From an uncultured Acidobacteriota bacterium (lineage in GTDB: Bacteria > Acidobacteriota > Thermoanaerobaculia > Multivoradales > UBA5704): a DNA stretch of 64,000 bases. Positions 19,252 through 28,751 of the stretch are shown here, in pieces. Numbering within the stretch: the stretch's first letter is position 1; each line of letters starts with the position of its first letter. A program made the position numbers and the translations under genes. The stretch is from NCBI GenBank assembly GCA_963770895.1, contig CAVYRF010000002.1, positions 3,744,001 to 3,808,000 on the forward strand, written 5' to 3'. The notes below the pieces were generated by a model that ran no database searches, was not told the origin of the DNA, and saw nothing but the letters and a program-made list of their open reading frames with translations.

Positions 19252-20238
19252 ATGGAAGCGCTCGACACCCACGCCCCCGCGGCTGGGCATGACCACAACC
19301 ATGCCCACGGCCATGGGCATGGGCACGACCATGACCACGGGCATGCTCACGGCCTGGGCCACCACCACCATCATGGCGGCGCCGGGGCGGGGCACGAAAA
19401 GCGCCTGCTGTGGACGCTGGGCCTGGCGGCCGCCTACATGGTGGCGGAGGGCGTGGGCGGTTACCTCACCGGGTCGCTCGCCCTGCTCGCTGACGCCAGC
19501 CACATGCTGTCCGACGTGGCGGCGCTGGGCCTGTCGGTGTTCGCCATCCGCATCGCGCGGCGGCCGCCGACGCCGACCCGCACCTACGGTCATTACCGCA
19601 CCGAGATCCTGGCGGCGCTGGTCAACGGCGCCATGCTGGTGGCGCTGGCAATCTACGTCGTGGTCGAGGCGAGCCGCCGGCTGTCCGCGCCGCCCTCGGT
19701 CGACGCGCCGGTGATGATGGGGATTGCCGCCGGCGGGCTGCTGTTCAACATCGTCGGCATGCAGCTGCTCTCCGCCGGGCGGGAGGAGAGCATGAACGTG
19801 CGCGGCGCCTGGCTGCACGTGGCGACCGACGCGCTGGGCAGCTTGCAGACCATCATCGCCGGCGGCCTCATCTGGGCGTTCGGCTGGCGCTGGGCCGACC
19901 CCGCGGCGTCGATCGTGATCGCCCTGCTGGTGATCTACTCGTCGTGGTCGCTGCTGCGCGATGCGGTGGGCGTGCTGATGGAGGGGGTGCCCCGCCATCT
20001 CGACGTGGTGGCGGTGCGCGACGCGCTTGCCGGCGTCTCCGGCGTGGTCAGCGTGCACGACCTGCACGTCTGGACGATCACCAGCGGCCGCGACGCCCTG
20101 TCCGCCCACCTGGTGGTGGGCGAGGCGACGACGCGCAGCTTGACCCTGCAGGAGGTGCGCGGCACCCTCGCCGACCGCTTCGGCATCAAGCACGTGACGG
20201 TACAGATCGAGCAGGACGAATGCGGCGACGGCTGTTAG
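19252..20238 (+). CDS. Cation diffusion facilitator (CzcD/ZitB-like Zn/Co/Cd efflux)
   Basis: His-rich N-terminus; SLALLADASHMLSD, NVRGAWLHVATD, VHDLHVWTI, HVTVQIE. Confidence 0.93.
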   Translation: MEALDTHAPAAGHDHNHAHGHGHGHDHDHGHAHGLGHHHHHGGAGAGHEKRLLWTLGLAAAYMVAEGVGGYLTGSLALLADASHMLSDVAALGLSVFAIRIARRPPTPTRTYGHYRTEILAALVNGAMLVALAIYVVVEASRRLSAPPSVDAPVMMGIAAGGLLFNIVGMQLLSAGREESMNVRGAWLHVATDALGSLQTIIAGGLIWAFGWRWADPAASIVIALLVIYSSWSLLRDAVGVLMEGVPRHLDVVAVRDALAGVSGVVSVHDLHVWTITSGRDALSAHLVVGEATTRSLTLQEVRGTLADRFGIKHVTVQIEQDECGDGC

Positions 20239-20302
20239 TCCACTCGAGCCTGCCGGCCCGCGCGACGCACTGGATGATCAACTGGACGGAGGACGGACGC
20301 GC

Positions 20303-21406
20303 GTGAAGGCGGCAGCGGTGGGCAAGGAAACGGCGGTTGGGCGGTACTTCCGCATCGAGCGCGCGCAGGACGTGCCGGCGCCGGACCCGCGGGCGGTGGA
20401 CGTGGCGGTGCTCGACATGAATCACGGCTGGCCCAACCTGGGCCACGACTCGCTGGTGCATGCAATTCTGGAAGGCGATCCCGAGCGCCTCGCCGGCGAA
20501 CGCGCCGGCGGCGTTCACACCCGCGTGCTGTCGTTCGACGTGCGGCGCTGCGGCATGGTGCCCGATCCTCCCGGCGCGGGCAGGCGGTTTGCCATCTACC
20601 TGGGCACCGGCGGCCCCGGCCATCTCGATCCGCGCCGCAACGACGGCGTGGCGCCCGAAAGCCAGGGCCTGGACGAAGACGCCAGCTGGGAGGCGCCGCT
20701 GTTCCGGCTGTTCGACGCGATTGCCGCTGATCCCGGCGCCGTGCTGCTGGCGGTGTGCCACACCTTCGGCGTGATGTGCCGCTGGACGGGCGTGGCGGCG
20801 CCGGTGCTGCGCGGCGCGGACAAGGGCGGCAAGAGCTCGGGAGTGCTGGAAAATCTCTGGACCGCCGAGGCGGCGTCCCACCCCTGGTTCGGCCGCTTCG
20901 TCAACATCGACGGCGACCGGCTGCGCATCGTCGACAACCGCCTGTTCGACCTGATCGAGGAGCCCAGGCCGCTGCCCGCCGGGTCGCTGCGCATCGGCCA
21001 CGACACCCTGGGCGTCGGCGGTCCTGCCGGCGGCGCCCTGACGATGATGGAGTTCGCGCGCGACCAGGCGGGGGTGATGCCGCGCATCTTCGGCGTCAAC
21101 CATCACCCCGAGGTGGTCGATCGCAACAACCAGCTGGTGGTGCTCGAAGAGATGATCCAGCGCGGCGACGTCAGCCCGGCGTGGGTGGCCGAGCGGCGCG
21201 AAATCCTCACCCACCGGCGCCCCGACGAGGACAGCGACAGCCGGTTGCGGCGCACCTCCGAATGCACCCTGCTCGGGCCGTTGCGCTTCCACCTGTACCG
21301 CCAGCTGCGGCTGCGCGCCGAAGCGCTGCACCTGCGCCCGGCGCTGCACGAGGACCAGGCGCTGCACGACGCCGCCGCGCCGGTCGCCTCCCAGACGCTC
21401 GCCTGA
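20303..21406 (+). CDS. Class I glutamine amidotransferase-like protein
   Basis: GTGGPG oxyanion strand, LAVCHTFG nucleophile elbow, NHHPE (Cys-His-Glu triad). Confidence 0.75.
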   Translation: MKAAAVGKETAVGRYFRIERAQDVPAPDPRAVDVAVLDMNHGWPNLGHDSLVHAILEGDPERLAGERAGGVHTRVLSFDVRRCGMVPDPPGAGRRFAIYLGTGGPGHLDPRRNDGVAPESQGLDEDASWEAPLFRLFDAIAADPGAVLLAVCHTFGVMCRWTGVAAPVLRGADKGGKSSGVLENLWTAEAASHPWFGRFVNIDGDRLRIVDNRLFDLIEEPRPLPAGSLRIGHDTLGVGGPAGGALTMMEFARDQAGVMPRIFGVNHHPEVVDRNNQLVVLEEMIQRGDVSPAWVAERREILTHRRPDEDSDSRLRRTSECTLLGPLRFHLYRQLRLRAEALHLRPALHEDQALHDAAAPVASQTLA

Positions 21407-21413
21407 CGTTTCC

Positions 21414-22973
21414 ATGCTACCGAAACCGCCCTTTGCCTGGGAGCTGACGCCCGAGCGCGAGATCGCCTCGTTCGAAGCGCTCAAGCCGCGCCTGCGCGAC
21501 GTCTGGGAAGCGCTCACCATGCGCGACGAGGAGCCCCACACGTCGGTCGTGGTGCCGTCGCTGACGCTCGACCGCGGCAGCCTGGAAAAGCTGACCGGCG
21601 CCAGCTTCTACGAGGAGCGGCTGCTGTTCCTGCTCATCCGGCTGCGCAATCCGCGGGCGCGCATGGTCTACGTGACCTCGCAGCCGGTGCACCCGTTGAT
21701 CCTGGAGTACTACTTCCAGCTGCTCGCCGGCATCCCGGCGAGCCACGCGCGGGCGCGGCTCACCCTGCTGTGCGCCTACGACGCGACGGCGCGCCCGCTG
21801 ACCGAAAAGGTGTTGGAGCGGCCGCGCCTCATCCAGCGCATCCGCGACGGCATCCAGGACCCTTCCCGCGCCTACCTGACGGTGTTCAATTCGACCGAGC
21901 AGGAGCGCCGGCTGGCGGTCCTGCTGGGCATCCCGCTCAACGGCGCCGACCCGCAGCTGGCGCACCTGGGCACCAAGTCGGGCAGCCGCAAGATCTTTCG
22001 CCAGGCGGAGGTGCCGCTGCCCGAGGGGATGGAAGACCTGCGCGACCAGAGCGACGTCCAGGAAGCCTTGGTGGAGCTGCGGCGGCGCCGGCCGGGGCTG
22101 CGCAAGGCGGTGATCAAGCTGGAGGACAGCTTTTCCGGCGAGGGCAACGCCATCTTCCGCTACCCGCGCGCTGCGGGTTCGGGGCGCGGCCGCGGCGGCT
22201 GCAGCCCGGCGGCGGTGCGCGACGCGCTCGCCGGCATCGAGCTGTCCGTGCCCGAGGAGACGCCGGCCAGCTATTTTGCCAAGTTCGCGGCGATGGGCGG
22301 CGTGGTCGAGGAGTTCATCGAGGGCAAGGAAAAGACCTCTCCCAGCACCCAGCTGCGCATCAGCCCCTATGGTGAGGTGCTGACCATCTCGACCCACGAC
22401 CAGATCCTGGGCGGCCCCAGCGCACAGGTGTTCCTGGGGTGTCGCTTTCCGGCGCACGCCGACTACCGCATGCCGATGCAGCGCCAGGCCGTGCGCATCG
22501 GCGAGGTGCTCGCCTCGCACGGCGTGGTCAGCCGCTTTGCCGTCGACTTTCTCTGCTGGCGCGACGACCCACAGGATGCCTGGCAGATGGCGGCGCTGGA
22601 GATCAACCTGCGCATGGGCGGCACCACCCACCCGTACCTGGCGCTGCAGTTCCTGACCGGCGGCTCCCTCAACCCCGGCACCGGGCAGTTCTGGTCGCCC
22701 AGCGGGCGCTCCAAGTGCTACATCGCGACCGACAACCTGCGCTCCGAAAACTACCGCGGCCTGCTGCCTGAAGATCTGATCGAGATCCTGACCGAGAACC
22801 GCCTGCACTACAGCCATGGCACCGAGTCCGGGGTACTGTTCCACCTGATCGGCGCCGTGTCCGAGTTCGGCAAGCTCGGGGTCACCGCCATCGCCGACAG
22901 CATCGACGAGGCGGACTCCATCTACAGCCATACCCTGGCGGTGCTCGACCGGGAGACCACCTATCGCAATTGA
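21414..22973 (+). CDS. PGM1-related ATP-grasp peptide ligase
   Basis: VVVPSL, YEERLLFLLIRL, GTKSGSRKIF, FSGEGNA, VEEFIEG, STHDQILGG, EINLRMGGTTHP. Confidence 0.85.
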   Translation: MLPKPPFAWELTPEREIASFEALKPRLRDVWEALTMRDEEPHTSVVVPSLTLDRGSLEKLTGASFYEERLLFLLIRLRNPRARMVYVTSQPVHPLILEYYFQLLAGIPASHARARLTLLCAYDATARPLTEKVLERPRLIQRIRDGIQDPSRAYLTVFNSTEQERRLAVLLGIPLNGADPQLAHLGTKSGSRKIFRQAEVPLPEGMEDLRDQSDVQEALVELRRRRPGLRKAVIKLEDSFSGEGNAIFRYPRAAGSGRGRGGCSPAAVRDALAGIELSVPEETPASYFAKFAAMGGVVEEFIEGKEKTSPSTQLRISPYGEVLTISTHDQILGGPSAQVFLGCRFPAHADYRMPMQRQAVRIGEVLASHGVVSRFAVDFLCWRDDPQDAWQMAALEINLRMGGTTHPYLALQFLTGGSLNPGTGQFWSPSGRSKCYIATDNLRSENYRGLLPEDLIEILTENRLHYSHGTESGVLFHLIGAVSEFGKLGVTAIADSIDEADSIYSHTLAVLDRETTYRN

Positions 22974-23137
22974 GCGCCGGCGCTGCTGAACCGGGGGGCC
23001 GGTCCCCCCGGCAGCGATGCAGGCTGCCAGCCGATGCCAGATGCGGGTATCGTCTTGCGGAGACGATATACTGCCCGCCGGGCAGCGCCAAAGCAGGTTC
23101 CGGAATCCTACGCATCCGCTCGCTTACGGAGACGACC

Positions 23138-25000
23138 ATGAAACGCTCTCCTCGCATGACGATTCAGCAGGCGACCAAGGACTACGAGGCGTGGCTTGCC
23201 GGGCAGCTCGAGATCGTGCCCGCCGACCTGGCGCTCAAGCACGAGCGCATGCGCGCCGCCGTGTTCCCGTTCCTGCGCGCCACCTACTATCGCTGGGCGC
23301 AGCTCTACCCCGAGCACTGCCACGACCTGTGCAGCGCGCCGCAGGTGCTGGCCGTGGGGGATCTCCACGTCGAGAACTTTGGCACCTGGCGCGATGCCGA
23401 AGGGCGCCTGGTGTGGGGCATCAACGACTTCGACGAGACCTGCACGCTCCCCTATACCCACGACCTGGTGCGGCTGGCGACCAGCGCCCACCTGGCGGTC
23501 CAGGACGGCCACCTGGAGGTGTCGCGCAAAGAGGCGTGCGACTCCCTGCTGGCCGGCTACCGCGAAGGGCTGGAGGCGGGCGGCAGGCCGTTCGTGCTGG
23601 CCGAGCATTCGCACGCGTTGCGGGACATGGCGCTGGCGCGGCTGCGCGAGCCGGCGCAGTACTGGGAGAAGCTGGAATCCCTGTCGACCTACAGGGAGGT
23701 CGTCCCCTCGCGGGTGGTCAAGGCGCTGTCGGCGCTGCTGCCGCGGCCCGATCTGCCGCGCCGCGTGGTCCACCGCGTGGCCGGGCTGGGCAGCCTCGGC
23801 CGCCAGCGCTTCGTCGCCCTGGCGGACTGGCACGGAGGCAAGATTGCGCGCGAAGCCAAGGCGCTGGCGCAGTCGGCGGCGATCTGGGCCCACGGCGGCC
23901 AGGGCTCGAGCAAGGTGCTGTACCAGACCATTCTCGACCAGTCCGTGCGCAGCATCGATCCGTGGGTGCGGGTGAAGCGCCGCTGGATCGTGCGACGCCT
24001 GGCGCCCGACTGCTCGCGCATCGAGCTGGCAGACCTGCCGCTGCAGCGCGAAGAGACCCGGCTGCTGCGCGCCATGGGCTGGGAGACCGCCAACGTCCAC
24101 CTGGGCAGCCGCACGGCGCACGCCCTGCTGGTGGACCTGGCGGCGCGCGAAACCGGTTGGCTGCACCAGGCCGCGTCGGTGATGCTGGCCGCGGTACAGA
24201 CCGATTGGGAAGCCTGGAGCAAGGACCCCGTGCCGCACGACAAGAGCGAAGCCGCCGTACGCCCGCGGCGGGTGGAAGCGGGTGCCGCGGCGGCGGCGGC
24301 GGCCGACGGCGACAGCGATGACCCGTTGCTGGCCGATCAAGCCCCGACCAGCGCCAAAAGCGCCGGCCAGAGGGAAAAGGGCGCCAAGGTAAAGAGCGAC
24401 AAGACCGCCAAGACCGACAAGGTCAAGACCGGCAGGGGCAACAAGGGCGCAGTCAACGCGAAGGGCGCGAAGCCCGGCAAGTCGGCCAAGGTCGCCAAGG
24501 ACGGGAAGGCGGAGAAGACCGGCAAGGCAGGCAAGGGCGACAAAACGGCAAAGGCCGTAGCGGACAAGAAGCCGGCCAAGGCTTCCAAGAGCACCAAGGC
24601 GTCCAAGCGATCCAAAGTCGCCAAGGCATCCAATCCGGCAAAGGCGCCCAAGGTTGCAAAGGCAGCAAAGAGCGGCAAGGCGGTCAATGTTGCCAAACCG
24701 TCCAAAGCCGCCAAGTCGCCCAACGGCAAGCCTGGCAAAGCAGCCAAGGGCGTCGCCAAGCCCGGCAAGGCGGCCAAGGTCGTCACCGACGGCGGCAGCA
24801 CGTCGTCGCAGGTCGCCTCCGGCAAAGCGGCAGCCGGAACCAAGGCCGGCAAGAGCCGGCAAGCTGCCAAGAGCAAAGGGCTGGCCAGTGCAGCCAAGGA
24901 AGGCCGACGCCTCAAGCCGGCCGGCAAGGCCCCGGCGGAGGAGCCGGCCGCGCAGGTTGCCGCGAACAACCAACCTGGCGATGACCCGCAGGCCAGCTAA
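23138..25000 (+). CDS. DUF2252 family (kinase-like) protein with Lys/Ala-rich C-terminal tail
   Basis: FPFLRATY, GDLHVENFG, INDFDE, RVAGLGSLG; AK-rich low-complexity tail. Confidence 0.85.
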   Translation: MKRSPRMTIQQATKDYEAWLAGQLEIVPADLALKHERMRAAVFPFLRATYYRWAQLYPEHCHDLCSAPQVLAVGDLHVENFGTWRDAEGRLVWGINDFDETCTLPYTHDLVRLATSAHLAVQDGHLEVSRKEACDSLLAGYREGLEAGGRPFVLAEHSHALRDMALARLREPAQYWEKLESLSTYREVVPSRVVKALSALLPRPDLPRRVVHRVAGLGSLGRQRFVALADWHGGKIAREAKALAQSAAIWAHGGQGSSKVLYQTILDQSVRSIDPWVRVKRRWIVRRLAPDCSRIELADLPLQREETRLLRAMGWETANVHLGSRTAHALLVDLAARETGWLHQAASVMLAAVQTDWEAWSKDPVPHDKSEAAVRPRRVEAGAAAAAAADGDSDDPLLADQAPTSAKSAGQREKGAKVKSDKTAKTDKVKTGRGNKGAVNAKGAKPGKSAKVAKDGKAEKTGKAGKGDKTAKAVADKKPAKASKSTKASKRSKVAKASNPAKAPKVAKAAKSGKAVNVAKPSKAAKSPNGKPGKAAKGVAKPGKAAKVVTDGGSTSSQVASGKAAAGTKAGKSRQAAKSKGLASAAKEGRRLKPAGKAPAEEPAAQVAANNQPGDDPQAS

Positions 25001-25095
25001 AAGCGGCCGGATTCCATAGGAAAGGGCGGTTGCTGGCGCGATGGCCGTGGGTCAGGTAGCCCGCCGGGGGGCGCCTGAAGGCGGTGCGAATCCTG

Positions 25096-26076
25096 CTAGG
25101 AGGGGCCGCCGCGATGGCCGATGAGGGAGCTGTAGGTGCGCAGGTGGCGGAAGGCGGCCGGCTTGTCGCCCAGCTGTTCGTAGAGGCCGCTGAGGTTGAA
25201 GTGGGCGTCGGCCAGGCGCGGGTCCAGCTGGATTGCTTGTAGATAGGCGGCGACCGCCTGCTCCAGGTGGCGCTGGTCTTCCAGGGCGACACCCAGGTTG
25301 TAAGCGGCGAGCGGGTCGGTTGGCCGGGCCGCCAGGGCCAGGCGGTAGTGGATCTCGGCGGCGGTCGGGTCGCCGGCTTCGTGCAGGAGGCGGCCGAGGT
25401 TCAGATGGGCGTCGGCCAGGTCGCGGTCCAGGTCGAGCGCGCGCCGGTAGGACGCCGTGGCCGCGGCGGGATCGTCGTCTTCCAGCTGGACTCCCAGCTC
25501 GTACCATTCGGCGGCGGTCTGGGGGGCCGGCCAGGGGGTGGCCGGGCCGGCACCTGCCGCGGAGGCGGCGCTCTCCCCGTCGCCGGTGACGGCCGACGCG
25601 ACGCCCAGCGAACGGGCGCGGGAGGCCGCGGGCGAGGAGCGGGTGGTGTTGGGAATGAACGCGCCCGAGGTTCCTTCGCGCAGGCCCGCCCCATCGCGTT
25701 CCAGCTCGACCGCTTCGAAGTCCAGCAGGGTCTGTCCCGATTCGGGTTGCCAGGCATCGCCGCCGTCGCGCGCCACCACGGTGCCGCCCTGGGCCGAGAT
25801 GCGCACGCCGGTGAGCGGCCGCCCCTGCGGCAGCTGCACGTGCAGGCGCTGCAGCACGGCGCCAATCCGTCGCCGCGGGATGTGGGCCGCGAGCAGCGAC
25901 TTGGCGGTGCGCAGCAGCACCAGGTCCTGAAACGAAAACACCATCTCGCCGTGCGGCCCGGTCTGGGGAGTCACAAACCCGGCCCGCACACACGCGCGCA
26001 CCTGCACTGGCGACAGACCGAGCAGCGATGCTACCTCGCGAGTCGAATAGCCAGCGCGACGCAAAAGAGGATCCAT
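25096..26076 (-). CDS. MerR-like HTH plus TPR protein
   Basis: YSTREVASLLGLS..QVR, FSFQDLVLLR; TPRs ADAHLNLGRLL, AAYNLGVALED, ADAHFNL. Confidence 0.82.
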   Translation of the reverse strand: MDPLLRRAGYSTREVASLLGLSPVQVRACVRAGFVTPQTGPHGEMVFSFQDLVLLRTAKSLLAAHIPRRRIGAVLQRLHVQLPQGRPLTGVRISAQGGTVVARDGGDAWQPESGQTLLDFEAVELERDGAGLREGTSGAFIPNTTRSSPAASRARSLGVASAVTGDGESAASAAGAGPATPWPAPQTAAEWYELGVQLEDDDPAAATASYRRALDLDRDLADAHLNLGRLLHEAGDPTAAEIHYRLALAARPTDPLAAYNLGVALEDQRHLEQAVAAYLQAIQLDPRLADAHFNLSGLYEQLGDKPAAFRHLRTYSSLIGHRGGPS

Positions 26077-26233
26077 CAACCACGATTCTACTCTTCCGCC
26101 ACAAAGAAGGCTCCCGCGGGATCTGTGTCCTCCTGAAGAAAGCAGCCGGACAACCTCGAACATAGAGCCCAAACGCCACGCCGCCTGCGCCTCCGAGGGC
26201 GAGTCAGGCGGTGTCGAGCGATCCCACGTGGGG

Positions 26234-27316
26234 CTAGGTTTTGGAGTCTTTGCGGCGGGGTTGCATGGGGGCGACCATGCGCTCGTCGCGGAGGGAGGTG
26301 CGGGGGGAGGGCTTGGGGGGCTTGCGGCTGCTCAGGGCGGGGGCTGCCGGTTCGCTGCGCTTGGGGCGTGCGGGGGCGGCGGCGGCACGGGTGGCCTTGA
26401 CCGGCGCTTCCGCGGCGGGCTCTTGCGAGCGCGCGGCGCGGGGGGTGCGTACGGTGCCGCGCGGGCCGGCGGCGATCGGCTCGGGGGTGGCTGGCTCCTG
26501 GGCGGCTGCCGGGCGGCTGGCGGCGGTAGGCGCGGCGCCTGACGCGGCGGAAGCGAGGCTGGCCTTGAGGGCTGCCATCAGGTCGATGATCTGCGCCTTG
26601 GGGGCTTCGATCGGAGCGGCGGTGATGTCCTGTCCCGCGACCTTCTTTTCGATCAGGTCGAGCGTCTGCTGGCGGACCTCATCTTCGTAGGCATCGGGCT
26701 TGAAGCGATCGGTGGCGATCTGATCGATGATCTGTTTGGCTAGTTTGAGCTCGGGTTCGCGCACTTCGGCATCGCCCAGGGGCACTTCGGAGAAGGGCTT
26801 CAGCTCGTCGTGATAGCGCAGCTGCTGCATGATCAAGCCTTCTTCGAAGGGGCGCAGCAGCACCAGGTAATCCTTGCCGCGCGCGGCGTAGCGCGCCAGG
26901 GCGGCACGCGATGTCTGCTTCATCGCTTCGGCGAGCAGCCGGTAGGGGCGCTCTCCCCCCTTGTCGGGACCCAGGTAGTACGACTTTTCGAAATAGATCG
27001 GGTCGACCTGTTCGAGCGGCACGAATTCGGCGATGTTGATCGCGTTGGTCGCTTCGCGGGTGAGCGCTTTTAGTTCGTCCTCGGAGAAGAGCACGTATTG
27101 GCCCTTGGTGTATTCGTAACCCTTCACCATTTCGTCTCTGCCCACGACCTCATCGTCGACGGGGCACACGTACTGTTGCTTGAGACGCGAACCGCACTTG
27201 CGGTGCAGCATGTTCAGCTGCAAGCCGGTGGTTGCATCGCCAGTCGAATAGAGCTTTACTGGGATGGTGACCAAGCCGAAAGAAACCATTCCGGAGGCGA
27301 AGGGTCGAATGCTCAT
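26234..27316 (-). CDS. ku: Non-homologous end-joining protein Ku
   Basis: GMVSFGLVTIPVKLY, VKGYEY, FVPLEQVDPIYFEKSYYLGP, IIDLMAALKASL; basic tail. Confidence 0.95.
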   Translation of the reverse strand: MSIRPFASGMVSFGLVTIPVKLYSTGDATTGLQLNMLHRKCGSRLKQQYVCPVDDEVVGRDEMVKGYEYTKGQYVLFSEDELKALTREATNAINIAEFVPLEQVDPIYFEKSYYLGPDKGGERPYRLLAEAMKQTSRAALARYAARGKDYLVLLRPFEEGLIMQQLRYHDELKPFSEVPLGDAEVREPELKLAKQIIDQIATDRFKPDAYEDEVRQQTLDLIEKKVAGQDITAAPIEAPKAQIIDLMAALKASLASAASGAAPTAASRPAAAQEPATPEPIAAGPRGTVRTPRAARSQEPAAEAPVKATRAAAAPARPKRSEPAAPALSSRKPPKPSPRTSLRDERMVAPMQPRRKDSKT

Positions 27317-27367
27317 TGTGGCATTGTAGCATCGCTCCTACACACGACACAACAGTTGGGAACGACG

Positions 27368-28639
27368 TTGGATACGGGCGAAAAACAGCGCCAGGCCTTG
27401 CGTCGCAAGCTGGCTCGGATGGGCGCGTCGCGCGCCGCGGCGCCGATCACAAGCATCTCGCCGATGTTGGCGGAGACGCGCGCGCGGCCGTTTTCCGCCG
27501 CGGGCTGGATTTTCGAGCTGAAATATGACGGCTATCGCCTGCTGGCGGAGCGCGCCGCGGACGGCGCCGCCCGCCTGCGCTATCGCAGCGGCCGCGACGC
27601 GAGCGGCGACTTTGCCGTCCTGGCGCGGGCCGTGGCCGCCCTGCCGTTTACCTCCCTGGTGCTCGACGGCGAGGTGGTGGCGCTGGATCCCCAGGGGCGG
27701 CCCAGCTTCGGCCTGTTGCAGCAGCGCGCGGCGCCCTGGCCGCCGGCGCGGCGGCGGCGCGTTCCGGCCGGTGAGCCGGGGCACCCGCGCACCGCCGGGG
27801 CAAGCGATCCCAGCTTGCCGGTTGCCGCGACGGTGGCGCCAATCGTCTTTTTCGCCTTTGACCTGCTGGCCTGCGAGGGCTACGACCTGCGCCCGCTGCC
27901 GCTCGCGGCACGCCGGGAGGCGCTCCTGGAGGTGATGGCCGCCGCCGCGGCCGGCGCGGTGCTGCGCTGCGGCGAAGCGGTGGAGCAGCGCGGCGAAGAT
28001 CTGTGGGCGGCCGTCGCTGCGTTAGGGCTGGAGGGTATTGTCGCCAAGCGCGCCGCATCGCCATACCGCGCCGGCCGATCGGCCGATTGGCTGAAGGTGC
28101 GCGCCGATCGCGTCGGCGACTTCGCCATCGTCGGCTACGGGCTGGCTTCGCCGGGCACCCTGGCCAGCGCCGCATCGGCACCGGCCAGGGCCGTCTCGGC
28201 CGCGGCAGGTACAGGCGCCTCGCCGGCGACGGCCAGGACCGCCGCGGGTGCAGCGGGAAGCGGTGCCTGGCGCCTGGCGGCTGACTTGCGCCGGCTTCAC
28301 CTGGCGGTTTGGAGTGATGGCGGCTATCGCTATGTCGGCAGCGTCGGCAGCGGCCTTGCCGAGCAGAGCCGCGACCAGTTGGGCGCCCACCTGGCCGCCG
28401 CCAAACCGCCGCCGGCGTCGCGGCCCGGCAGACCGTGGCTGCAGGGGGCGCCGCGCCCCGACGCCCGGTCCGTCTGGGTCGCTCCCGAGTTGGTGTGCGA
28501 AGTCCGCTACAAGGAGTGGACGTCCGCCGGCAACCTGCGCCAGCCGGTCTACCTGCGGCTGCGCGGCGACAAGCGCCCGCGGGAGTGCGCCGCGCCCGTC
28601 CCCGCCGGCGACCTGGACGGCTCCGGCGGACCCGGCTGA
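27368..28639 (+). CDS. ATP-dependent DNA ligase, LigD-type ligase domain only (start uncertain)
   Basis: PMLA, WIFELKYDGYR (adenylation Lys), LDGEVV, FDLL, EGIVAKR, WLKV, LRQPVYLRLR.DK. Confidence 0.88.
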   Translation: MDTGEKQRQALRRKLARMGASRAAAPITSISPMLAETRARPFSAAGWIFELKYDGYRLLAERAADGAARLRYRSGRDASGDFAVLARAVAALPFTSLVLDGEVVALDPQGRPSFGLLQQRAAPWPPARRRRVPAGEPGHPRTAGASDPSLPVAATVAPIVFFAFDLLACEGYDLRPLPLAARREALLEVMAAAAAGAVLRCGEAVEQRGEDLWAAVAALGLEGIVAKRAASPYRAGRSADWLKVRADRVGDFAIVGYGLASPGTLASAASAPARAVSAAAGTGASPATARTAAGAAGSGAWRLAADLRRLHLAVWSDGGYRYVGSVGSGLAEQSRDQLGAHLAAAKPPPASRPGRPWLQGAPRPDARSVWVAPELVCEVRYKEWTSAGNLRQPVYLRLRGDKRPRECAAPVPAGDLDGSGGPG

Positions 28640-28751
28640 CGCCGACAGCCTTGGCCGGGGTCGACGCCGATCCCCCTTCGGCCAGGGCGGGCCAGATCGG
28701 GATGACCGGCTGGCTTGCGGCGCGGGCGATGAGGTTGCCGCCGGCGCGGCG

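Noticed and set aside
19285-19375. His-Gly/His-Asp repeat as a separate repeat element
   Set aside because: Ordinary His-rich metal-binding N-terminus of CDF transporters
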